Origin: Giardia intestinalis
Lineage: Eukaryota
Reading direction: 5' to 3' (one strand)
DNA: 64,000 nucleotides
Assembly: GCA_000002435.2 (NCBI GenBank)
Contig: CM018793.1
Position numbers and translations under genes: made by a program. How positions within the stretch are numbered: the stretch's first letter is position 1; each line of letters begins with the position of its first letter. Under the pieces are notes generated by a model, which worked only from the letters and a program-made list of their open reading frames with translations, searched no databases and had not been told where the DNA came from. Of the stretch, positions 51,527-62,400 are shown piece after piece.

Positions 51527-52117
51527 ATGGGCTCTGGGGCAATGACGGCGGAGACGCGCGCCTCCGTTCTGCTCGAGCTCGCGAAGCAGGTCGTCGCTGC
51601 CCGGCGGCTGGGGGAGACGGCCGAGAGCCTCGCGCGGCGGCCGCTGCTCCTCCACCGGCACGTGCTCCGGACGGCCATCGACTGGAAGAAGATCGCCCGC
51701 GCCCTGTCCGAGGACCGGAGCAGGATCTACCACTGGTACCGCGAGACGCACTCGCGGAGCATCCTCAACGTGAAGATGACCGGCGAGGACCGCAGGGCCA
51801 TCAAGGCGATGATCATCGCCGGGGTCAGGGACCGGAGCATCCTGGGCCCGGACTTCTACCGCAGGGTCCACGAGCGCTTCGGGGCGAAGTATCCGCGCCA
51901 GGAGCTGCGGATGACGTACAACAACGCGCTCCGCACCCAGGACGTCCGCGCCGCCCTGGAGGAGCATGGGGTTCTTCCTGGGCCCGGCACCCTCTCGCTC
52001 CAGACGGGCCAGGATCTTCTCGGGCCGCCCACTTCCTTCGCATGCGTGCCATGCTTCCCCCCTGCGGGCTACGGGGGCGTGCCTGGGTGCGCTGATACAT
52101 ACCCCAGTAAGGGCTGA
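51527..52117 (+). CDS. candidate GC-rich gene encoding 196-aa protein with two Myb/SANT-like helix-turn-helix units
   Basis: Only ORF in the GC-rich desert with protein-like composition (IDWKKIARALSEDRSRIYHWYRETH; RRAIKAMIIAGVRDRSILGPDFYRRVHERFG); ATG preceded by a sharply AT-rich initiator patch (tacatatttaatttcacattattcgttggtctgtttttagttttatcgccgcttctattggATG) embedded in ~68% GC DNA. Confidence 0.3.
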   Translation: MGSGAMTAETRASVLLELAKQVVAARRLGETAESLARRPLLLHRHVLRTAIDWKKIARALSEDRSRIYHWYRETHSRSILNVKMTGEDRRAIKAMIIAGVRDRSILGPDFYRRVHERFGAKYPRQELRMTYNNALRTQDVRAALEEHGVLPGPGTLSLQTGQDLLGPPTSFACVPCFPPAGYGGVPGCADTYPSKG

Positions 52118-53407
52118 AGACTGGAGAGCCCGGCTTGCCTGGTGGTCGTCGAGGGGCATCGACGAGTGGTCGGTAGAAACGGCTAATAGTTGAAGTCCTG
52201 GTCAGTGGCGAGACAGTCATTCCTAGAGCGTGTAGCATGCTCGGCCACTTCATAACGCAGGGCCCACCAGACGCAAGCTGTGACGGCCTGGATGTCGCGC
52301 AATCCGTGGCCTGTGCATCGTTGCAGGGGCCATACACAGCAGGTGGAGGCAGGGTTTCCTGTGTGCTCAGACGACTCGACCATCGCAGTTCTGGGTCGAC
52401 GATCCACTAGATATTCCTGTCTAACAACGGGCGGCCGAACGCCCTCTGGGCTGTGAGCTAACACTAACGTGCAGTTGGTCGGCCACCAGATCCATCTTGG
52501 TTAGCCCTCTGCCTACATGCGCCAACACGCCGAGGAGCTACAGGGCAGTCGTTTGCTGTCTTGACAGGTATACTATTGCCTCTATATCTGCACCCTGGAT
52601 GCGGCCACCATAGCACAGTTGCATCTCTGATCATCCTGTGCACACCTTCTGGCACGAGCAGGTGCGCCGGAAGGGATGCACTGCCCACCGCCGAGAAATG
52701 GATGAACTCCCTTACCCAGGAGCCGGCTGACCACTAGCCGTGCCCAGCAAACCCCAATAAGCAGGCCTGCTGAGCCAACCCATCCAAGAAGCTGTGTATC
52801 CGGAAGAGCTTCGCGTCGAATGGCTCCTTGATTAAAGAAGCTGGCATCCAGCGCGACATGACGACTGCTCGCCTGGTGCTGTGCTACCTGCTGGGCGGAA
52901 ACACAGACGCCCTAAGCTCCGTGTGAGCTTGTGCTCAAAGCGTCCTTCACCGGCACGGGATTCCAGGAACTAGGCGTAGATAGGAAGAGCATTCCCCGCT
53001 AGTGCCACGAAGTACCGGTACGCTACCTGGATACACCGATGGCAGCGAAGAGTACGAGAAGGTCCCAGGGCCTCATCGAGCGGGTCTGCTCCTAGCAGGC
53101 CCAAGTGGACGCTCTCTCCAGCAGTGTACAAGAAGCCTGGGAGGGAGTGCTCAGGCTGGAGCTGAGGCGTTGCTGGTACAGGCTGTCCTTACTGAGTGCA
53201 TCCCTCAGCGTCCAATAAGTGGAAAAGTGACCGGAGCTAGGTGTGCCTGCTTCTTCTCTGCCGCCTGCATGTTGTTGCATCTCTAGCTCTTCCTCATTTG
53301 TCGAGCGACTGCTCCTTCTGGCCTCTTGCTGGTCCTCGTTCGTCGTGTAGTCTCTTTTGGAGCTGCTCCCTGGAGGTCGGGCTGACCAGCAACATGGAGG
53401 AGCCTCA

Positions 53408-56400
53408 TTCTTAGCTTCACACTCCACAACTGGCCCAGCGACATGTTGACCATTTTACAAGCAGTTCTGGGTCGCCCAGTCTGGGGCCGGCTGCTGTGCA
53501 TTCTCTGCTTGACTGCCAGGGTCCGCGTCTGGCCCAGACACTAGATGGACAGGAGGCACGGACAAACGCCATTTGCTTGTTGCTTTCATGATCCACGAAG
53601 CTGCTGTCTTTATGTGAGTCTCGACCCAGGTCGGTCTCCGTTGTAGGTGCAACAGTCTTGCGCATGCAATCTGGAGGATCTACGTTAGCGGGTCGAGCCG
53701 AGCAATCCTTGTTAGCGCCTGCCATCCGACGTCTCTGTTGTTGAACTGGCCTGTAGAAGTCCGCTATAGGCCCTCAGGCTCTTTGTCTGTGAGGTTCTGT
53801 GAGGTCCTCTATACCGGTCAGGCCTGTCCGCGTACTCTGTTGATGGGCGAGCTGGTGCATGCAGTCACAGCCCCTGCGCCACCTTCCATTCGGCACTCGG
53901 CGTGTCCACCTGCTTCCGGCCTGCCCTCGCAGAGCACGCTAAGCGCCCACCTATAGCGCATGTCGGTGGAGACTCCTCGGGAGCAATTTGCGGGGGTCTC
54001 GATGAGGTGGCCGACGCCCAGTGAACGACCCCAAGCCACCCTTTAGTGTCTGCGCTGTCGCTCCACGAGAGTGCGTAGTGGGATGCGGCCCGGAGTCCTC
54101 ATGTGCGGGGGCTGACAAGGACTGACAGCCACAGTCAACGGCAGAAAGTTCGGCACCCCGTGTTCCCACGACGTCTCCGATCGCAGTACTGGCGGGGCCT
54201 GACGGCGCTTCTCTTCTTAATTCGGAACGAGTTAAGGAGTTTCCGCCGTAGGATGGCCGAACTGGCGGCCGGCAGGGCTGTGCGATGTGTTAGAGATTGT
54301 TAGAGATTCATACTGTATATTGTGCAGTGGCTAACGTGTATGGGTGTCCCACCGAAGACCCGGCGAAGGATGGCACCGGAGGTGAGACAGGATGACTCCT
54401 GGTGGAGGGGACCACGGTGCTGGCTTGCCTGCAGATGCCGTGGCCAAAATCTCAGCCCGTCCAGGAGTTTAACGGAGGTCATGCGGCCGGACACCGAGGC
54501 CTACCGGAGAGCCGCATCGCCCCTGCACGAGCCAGCAAGCACTGCCTTCGACCCGACCACAGTTGAGAGCGCCCATGTCCGTGGATGCCGTCGGTCAGGT
54601 CCCTGAAGACCACCCTGCTCACAGCCCCAGGGATCCCTCTGCAGACTCTGATTTCTATATCCCTGGGGTAGATGTTTGCGGATAGCGGCACAGGGCTCAG
54701 CAAAACCGCCAGAAGATCCACAGCACACTGTCATTAACTATAAACGTCTTGCGGTATTCATTCCACAATTGAGCCGGTCGTACTGACACAGGAACTGGAG
54801 TCAGGCACTTCTAGGGTGCAACTACAGGACTGTGGAGGAGCTTGCCTTCACACAAAGAAGATCACGTGGACCAGATGTGCCCGGACTGAGAAGCGCCCGC
54901 TTTACCGAGTAATGGTCGCTAATCTATGCACACAGATCATGTTTGGCGGCAAGCTCCCCTGTAGCTCATGCATCACTGTGAATCACTGCCTAGAGGCTTG
55001 TGTTGGAGATGCCGCAAGACACTAATGGCTGACAGGTGTGACTAGCCGTTCTTCCAGTGGTCGTCTCTGGATGCACCGAGTACCTAAGGCGATAGATCAG
55101 CGCTGCAGGCCTTGACTGTCACGGGCCTTGTGCATAGCTGATCAAATGCCCAACACACTCTGCCCGAGGGTGCCCAAACCCCACGGTGCTGTAGTCGGGC
55201 TGCTAAGGTGCGAGAGGTGGGGCACAGAGGCGCCTATCAGAGCCAAGGATCTATGTGTCACCTGCCTCTGGGTGGAGCAACTACGCCATAGTAGGGGGTG
55301 TTTGTTGCCATACAGAAGTGGGTACGATGAGATACGAAGGCACAGTCCTGCCGCAGAATCCGACGGGTGCTCGGAAACGGGTAACCCGGTAACCTCGTAG
55401 AATAGCAACGTCGAAGCTATAGAGTAAGCAGATGTAATAGGAGATGCGTTTACTACCTAAGTCACGCCTTGCCCCGGCACACGAACCACCAGCAGAGGAA
55501 GCCGACGAGGCCCCCCACAACAACGATGACAGCGACAGAGATCCCCGCTATGGCGCCTGTGCTGAGGCCGCTCTTGTTCGTGCTCCCGCCGTTGTTGTCA
55601 CCAGTACTATCACCCATCTCGAGGCACATGAACGCACTGGTGGATGACACCGTGCACTGTCTGCACCCAGCGAGCCCCTCAGAGCACTTCTTGCACGGTC
55701 CACTATCGCTACTCTCCTTATAATATCCACGAGCACATACTTTGCATGTGGCAGCCGCGGTTTCGCAGGTGTAGCAGCTTTCATGACATTTCGTGCAAGC
55801 TTTGACGTTACTGAATGCTATGTATCCATCCATACATTCTGTACATTCATTTGCAGTATTACACGTCTTACAGCCTTCAGGGCATATTACAAGGTTGTTT
55901 TCATTATTTAAGTTAAACCCTGGCATAGGTCTATCACAAGTCCCACCAGTTGTCGCCACTGTTGCACATACACTGTGCGCAGGGTACTTCTCATCTTCGT
56001 AGCACCCTCCGTTCATCCGAAGGAGCCCATTAGCACACGAATTGCAGACACCGGTTCCTTGAGAGGTGCATGTCGCAGCCCGCCCACTTGGTTTCGGTGC
56101 ACAGACACCGTTCTGGGGATACTCATTGTCCTGGCTACATGCAGAGCAGTACCTTGTGCCTTTAACAATTAGATCACATGCTTTACAGTTCCCAGTGGCT
56201 TTATCTGTATTGACAACACATTCAGGAGCGCATTTACCCTTCTGCCCATTTGCATAGTCAAGGATGGTTCCAGGTTTGCACTCAGTACAATCATTAGCAG
56301 TGTTTCCCTTACAATTCTTGCAACTACCGTCACACTTCTGGCATATCCCAGCATCGTCAGCATAGAATCCATCTTCGCAGAAACCGCATTTGCCGTTCGG

Positions 56401-57945
56401 ATCACACACAACGCAATTCTTGACCTCGCACTTCTTACAGATCCCTTTGCCGCCCTCTGTGCTGCTGTAGTAGCCTAGAATATATTCGCAATATTTTATG
56501 CACATCCCTGTCGGAGTGAGATAGTTCTTGTCCTTGCACTCCTCACATGTCTTCTTGTCTGCAGAACATTTCTGGCAGTTCTCGACGGGGCAGTCAGAGG
56601 GCGGAGGTTCTGGGGCATCGACACATGTAGATCCCTCGTCATTGGGTGTCTTTCCGCCGTTACACGTAGTGCACTTGATAGCAGACTCTCCAGCTAATCC
56701 GCGAGCTTCCTTGAGAGTACATGTCTTACAGTCAATTATGCCACCGGCGTCGGTGTCTCCACACGGGACGCATTTTTTGATACCCTTAGCTGTGACAGGG
56801 AAGTGGTCTGTCTTACACTGCGTCTTTTCAACGCAACTAGAAGGCGTTACAGCTAATAAATAGTATTCGCCCTCACACGTAGTGCATGTGGCAGAGCCGG
56901 GGCCTTCAGGAGGAGTACACACTTTGCAGTTCGGAACACCTCTGAAACCATCAATCGTATCTGCCTCATTGCAGGCAATGCAAGATTGGTGGGTGTTATC
57001 GCTAGCACCCATATTTTTGAAGAACCCGTTAGCGTCATTGCATGTTTCACAGAGTCCTGCACTACTACTCGCACTTTTGCAAACGGTTTGTCCAGGAGGT
57101 GCTGCTTGTACATAGCATCCACCTTTGTGGAGGAAGTATCCAGCCTTAGTACACTTTCCACATGTGGTTGAATGCTCATCGAGAGCTCCATCAACTTTTT
57201 CACATCCGGCAGTTGTGATAAGCCCATCACTTTTATCCTTACATTCCCCATTAATGGGCACCTCTCCAGGTTTAGCACAGTCAGTGCAAACTCTATCTCC
57301 ACCTATGCTAATGCATTTACCCTGTTTACACTGTCCTGTTTGCGGGTCACTGCTAGCCTCTGTGCATGTTTTTGCTGCCCGTGCTACTTGCAGAATCAAA
57401 ATTCCAAAGAGGATTTTCTCGAACATTGCCAGCAGTCCGTAGAGCATCCAGTAGAGAGAGCCTGCACACCTAATATCAGTGTGCTGTGTCGCTAGACATC
57501 GCTTATGGGGGCGGTCCAGAGGTCTTACATGAGCTGCCCCAACTTTCTGATCAGTTTGGAGACGATGGCTGGTTCTAGACAGCAAACAGGGACTCCTCTT
57601 TATTAGCATATCTAAAACCTGGCACCTTCCCCGGCCGCTCACCCTGGGATTTAGCTCACTTGCCCACTTGCGTCGTCCACCAATGGCGCCTCTCCTTGGT
57701 CTTCCTTCGTGGTGGGTGAAGCTCCGGTCGCTGTCTTTTTTAGATGCTCCCGTCTGTCAGGGGCTGCCATCGGGCTCTCCACTGGCCGCCCCTCGGTGTC
57801 CGTCTGGCTGTGGCCCGGGCAGCGCTCTACAGTCGCGGTCACTTGGGTCTCAGCGGGCCAGCTGGTGGGGAGGCTGGGGCATGGGGCGGTGAGGCTGGAG
57901 GGTGGCGGTGTCGTCTGTGCCCCTGGTCCGGTGGGCCATTGGGGT
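53408..57945. repeat. left arm of large inverted repeat (>=4.5 kb; outer end truncated by mirror of window edge) containing VSP gene plus flanks
   Basis: Mirror-image identical ORF translations about axis 58704 (53417..53725(-) = 63683..63991(+); 55462..57642(-) = 59766..61946(+)); arms begin to diverge near 57900-57945 (few SNPs: G/R, V/A, P/R codon changes). Confidence 0.9.
55462..57426 (-). CDS. vsp: variant-specific surface protein (VSP), inverted duplicate of 59982..61946
   Basis: Identical 726-aa extended ORF to the arm-2 copy; signal MFEKILFGILILQVARA (alt. upstream ATG at 57447), CXXC repeats, GGCY, C-terminal ...GFLCWWFVCRGKA*; AGTAAAC signal on minus strand at 55448-55454. Confidence 0.85.
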   Translation of the reverse strand: MFEKILFGILILQVARAAKTCTEASSDPQTGQCKQGKCISIGGDRVCTDCAKPGEVPINGECKDKSDGLITTAGCEKVDGALDEHSTTCGKCTKAGYFLHKGGCYVQAAPPGQTVCKSASSSAGLCETCNDANGFFKNMGASDNTHQSCIACNEADTIDGFRGVPNCKVCTPPEGPGSATCTTCEGEYYLLAVTPSSCVEKTQCKTDHFPVTAKGIKKCVPCGDTDAGGIIDCKTCTLKEARGLAGESAIKCTTCNGGKTPNDEGSTCVDAPEPPPSDCPVENCQKCSADKKTCEECKDKNYLTPTGMCIKYCEYILGYYSSTEGGKGICKKCEVKNCVVCDPNGKCGFCEDGFYADDAGICQKCDGSCKNCKGNTANDCTECKPGTILDYANGQKGKCAPECVVNTDKATGNCKACDLIVKGTRYCSACSQDNEYPQNGVCAPKPSGRAATCTSQGTGVCNSCANGLLRMNGGCYEDEKYPAHSVCATVATTGGTCDRPMPGFNLNNENNLVICPEGCKTCNTANECTECMDGYIAFSNVKACTKCHESCYTCETAAATCKVCARGYYKESSDSGPCKKCSEGLAGCRQCTVSSTSAFMCLEMGDSTGDNNGGSTNKSGLSTGAIAGISVAVIVVVGGLVGFLCWWFVCRGKA

Positions 57946-59462
57946 GGTAGGTGATCCCCTCTCTGTTTGCCAAGGTGGTTGTGTCTGATCTCCAACCGTC
58001 GTTGTACTCCCGAGACAAAGGCACCGACGATCGTGTCGTGTCCCCCTGACTGAGCGCCTCCTCTCAGCCCCTGCATGTCTCGGGCAGTACTGCTTCTCTG
58101 TTTGACTAGTACGTGAGGGTCAAAGCAGGCCATCCCAGGCCCTCCTGATGCTCTGTGCGGGTCTGCTGAGCCCCCTGGCATGCCCTGTCTGGTGCCTCGA
58201 CGGTAGTTCACCTCGGGCCAGCAGGGGCATGGATGACCCTGTGGATGGGATGGGTTCTCTCAGGCCTCTAGTGTGATGACCCAGAAGACTGACACGGTGG
58301 GGCACCAGTGACTGCACTGTCCCCGTGGTCAGCTGTGCTGCCCCTGGTGGGTCCTCGTTGTAGAGCGCTGTGTGTTGTTCATAGGCAGAGGTGAGCCTCC
58401 TTGGTCTCAAGATGCTCTACCATGCAGAGAGGAGCACGCTGAGGGTCACCCATACCTCACACCTGCTGTGTCCTCGGGGAGTTCCCGGTGTGATCCACTA
58501 GGACCTTGACCCCTCTCGTGGCTCTGATGACTCGCCTCAGGGAGAGTCGGGGCACCCTATACTGAGGGGTGTGCACCCTCCTGCATGAGCTGGGACCCAC
58601 TGCACTGCCCCCAAGGAGGTCTGCTATGAGAGGCAGTGAATGATTGACAGCCCCTCAGAGTGCGGTGGAGGGTGCTCGTGGTCGTCTCTTGTGATCGGGC
58701 ATCACTCTGATGGTCGGCTCCTGTGCCTGCGTGGTGCTCAGAGGTCACCTGTCTGCCTCGTAGCCTGCTGGACAGCCGGGCCTCTTGTGGCGTCCGAAGG
58801 TCTCCTCACTCCTCTGGTCGCTGTCCCCTCGGGTCATAGGTGGAGGCCAGCGAGTCTTCGGAGTCTGGTGCCTGCCTGGGTGTCATGGAGAGGCTGGCAG
58901 CTATCAAGGCTCTGCCACTGCTCGCCTGCCTGGAGTGTGCCTCCCTTGGGCCTGCTCTGCTGTGCTGCGTGAGTCCTCTGGCTCCTATCAGACCTCTGAT
59001 TGTGAGAGTGACTCCACCTGGCCTTCTGATGCCCCTGTGGATGAGCATAGCAATGTGTCTGGTTGAGGATCTCTGGTGCCCGTGGCTGTCACTGCCTCTC
59101 GGGTGCTTGGGTAGTTGCCTGGGGCTCTCGTATGGGGGCACAGTCTGTTCGTGTGTGGATGGTCCTCCTGGACTCATGTCCATCTGTGCACACTGTCACT
59201 CAGCCTCGAGAGCAGACCAGTGCAGTCACCAGGGTTGCTGTCAGAGGGAGTCGTCTGCCACTACCATCGTTCGAGCAGACTCTACAGCTCAGGCTGGCTG
59301 CTGTGCACCCTCATGGCAGGGCTGCTTGACTCCCCTTGGTCATCCTCTCTGTCCCGGTGCACACGGCTCCTGAGGGTTGTCTGGGTGGAGGCACTCACAG
59401 ACCACGAGCACACAGAGGGATGAGTCACAGATGGACAGCCCCCAGTCACCACAACTGCAATC

Positions 59463-62400
59463 ACCCCAGTCCACCGAGAGGTCAGGGGCACAGACGACAC
59501 CGCCACCCTCCAGCCTCACCGCCCCATGCCCCAGCCTCCCCACCAGCTGGCCCGCTGAGACCCAAGTGACCGCGACTGTAGAGCGCTGCCCGGGCCACAG
59601 CCAGACGGACACCGAGGGGCGGCCAGCGGAGAGCCCGATGGCAGCCCCTGACAGACGGGAGCATCTAAAAAAGACAGCGACCCGAGCTTCACCCACCACG
59701 AAGGAAGACCAAGGAGAGGCGCCATTGGTGGACGACGCAAGTGGGCAAGTGAGCTAAATCCCAGGGTGAGCGGCCGGGGAAGGTGCCAGGTTTTAGATAT
59801 GCTAATAAAGAGGAGTCCCTGTTTGCTGTCTAGAACCAGCCATCGTCTCCAAACTGATCAGAAAGTTGGGGCAGCTCATGTAAGACCTCTGGACCGCCCC
59901 CATAAGCGATGTCTAGCGACACAGCACACTGATATTAGGTGTGCAGGCTCTCTCTACTGGATGCTCTACGGACTGCTGGCAATGTTCGAGAAAATCCTCT
60001 TTGGAATTTTGATTCTGCAAGTAGCACGGGCAGCAAAAACATGCACAGAGGCTAGCAGTGACCCGCAAACAGGACAGTGTAAACAGGGTAAATGCATTAG
60101 CATAGGTGGAGATAGAGTTTGCACTGACTGTGCTAAACCTGGAGAGGTGCCCATTAATGGGGAATGTAAGGATAAAAGTGATGGGCTTATCACAACTGCC
60201 GGATGTGAAAAAGTTGATGGAGCTCTCGATGAGCATTCAACCACATGTGGAAAGTGTACTAAGGCTGGATACTTCCTCCACAAAGGTGGATGCTATGTAC
60301 AAGCAGCACCTCCTGGACAAACCGTTTGCAAAAGTGCGAGTAGTAGTGCAGGACTCTGTGAAACATGCAATGACGCTAACGGGTTCTTCAAAAATATGGG
60401 TGCTAGCGATAACACCCACCAATCTTGCATTGCCTGCAATGAGGCAGATACGATTGATGGTTTCAGAGGTGTTCCGAACTGCAAAGTGTGTACTCCTCCT
60501 GAAGGCCCCGGCTCTGCCACATGCACTACGTGTGAGGGCGAATACTATTTATTAGCTGTAACGCCTTCTAGTTGCGTTGAAAAGACGCAGTGTAAGACAG
60601 ACCACTTCCCTGTCACAGCTAAGGGTATCAAAAAATGCGTCCCGTGTGGAGACACCGACGCCGGTGGCATAATTGACTGTAAGACATGTACTCTCAAGGA
60701 AGCTCGCGGATTAGCTGGAGAGTCTGCTATCAAGTGCACTACGTGTAACGGCGGAAAGACACCCAATGACGAGGGATCTACATGTGTCGATGCCCCAGAA
60801 CCTCCGCCCTCTGACTGCCCCGTCGAGAACTGCCAGAAATGTTCTGCAGACAAGAAGACATGTGAGGAGTGCAAGGACAAGAACTATCTCACTCCGACAG
60901 GGATGTGCATAAAATATTGCGAATATATTCTAGGCTACTACAGCAGCACAGAGGGCGGCAAAGGGATCTGTAAGAAGTGCGAGGTCAAGAATTGCGTTGT
61001 GTGTGATCCGAACGGCAAATGCGGTTTCTGCGAAGATGGATTCTATGCTGACGATGCTGGGATATGCCAGAAGTGTGACGGTAGTTGCAAGAATTGTAAG
61101 GGAAACACTGCTAATGATTGTACTGAGTGCAAACCTGGAACCATCCTTGACTATGCAAATGGGCAGAAGGGTAAATGCGCTCCTGAATGTGTTGTCAATA
61201 CAGATAAAGCCACTGGGAACTGTAAAGCATGTGATCTAATTGTTAAAGGCACAAGGTACTGCTCTGCATGTAGCCAGGACAATGAGTATCCCCAGAACGG
61301 TGTCTGTGCACCGAAACCAAGTGGGCGGGCTGCGACATGCACCTCTCAAGGAACCGGTGTCTGCAATTCGTGTGCTAATGGGCTCCTTCGGATGAACGGA
61401 GGGTGCTACGAAGATGAGAAGTACCCTGCGCACAGTGTATGTGCAACAGTGGCGACAACTGGTGGGACTTGTGATAGACCTATGCCAGGGTTTAACTTAA
61501 ATAATGAAAACAACCTTGTAATATGCCCTGAAGGCTGTAAGACGTGTAATACTGCAAATGAATGTACAGAATGTATGGATGGATACATAGCATTCAGTAA
61601 CGTCAAAGCTTGCACGAAATGTCATGAAAGCTGCTACACCTGCGAAACCGCGGCTGCCACATGCAAAGTATGTGCTCGTGGATATTATAAGGAGAGTAGC
61701 GATAGTGGACCGTGCAAGAAGTGCTCTGAGGGGCTCGCTGGGTGCAGACAGTGCACGGTGTCATCCACCAGTGCGTTCATGTGCCTCGAGATGGGTGATA
61801 GTACTGGTGACAACAACGGCGGGAGCACGAACAAGAGCGGCCTCAGCACAGGCGCCATAGCGGGGATCTCTGTCGCTGTCATCGTTGTTGTGGGGGGCCT
61901 CGTCGGCTTCCTCTGCTGGTGGTTCGTGTGCCGGGGCAAGGCGTGACTTAGGTAGTAAACGCATCTCCTATTACATCTGCTTACTCTATAGCTTCGACGT
62001 TGCTATTCTACGAGGTTACCGGGTTACCCGTTTCCGAGCACCCGTCGGATTCTGCGGCAGGACTGTGCCTTCGTATCTCATCGTACCCACTTCTGTATGG
62101 CAACAAACACCCCCTACTATGGCGTAGTTGCTCCACCCAGAGGCAGGTGACACATAGATCCTTGGCTCTGATAGGCGCCTCTGTGCCCCACCTCTCGCAC
62201 CTTAGCAGCCCGACTACAGCACCGTGGGGTTTGGGCACCCTCGGGCAGAGTGTGTTGGGCATTTGATCAGCTATGCACAAGGCCCGTGACAGTCAAGGCC
62301 TGCAGCGCTGATCTATCGCCTTAGGTACTCGGTGCATCCAGAGACGACCACTGGAAGAACGGCTAGTCACACCTGTCAGCCATTAGTGTCTTGCGGCATC

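Noticed and set aside
52445-52463. Intron-acceptor-like motif agCTAACACTAACGTGCAG in the GC-rich desert
   Set aside because: Imperfect (duplicated CTAAC, G instead of A), and every downstream frame hits a stop within ~40 codons with no homology; probably a chance match or a fossil.
47600-55440. Dozens of 60-230-aa ORFs on both strands in the GC-rich region (e.g. 50790..51290, 50831..51439, 51479..52159, 51825..52337)
   Set aside because: Mutually overlapping in several frames, with R/A/P/G-dominated translations typical of stop-codon-poor GC-rich non-coding DNA. Only 51527..52117 has protein-like composition and a promoter-like AT patch.
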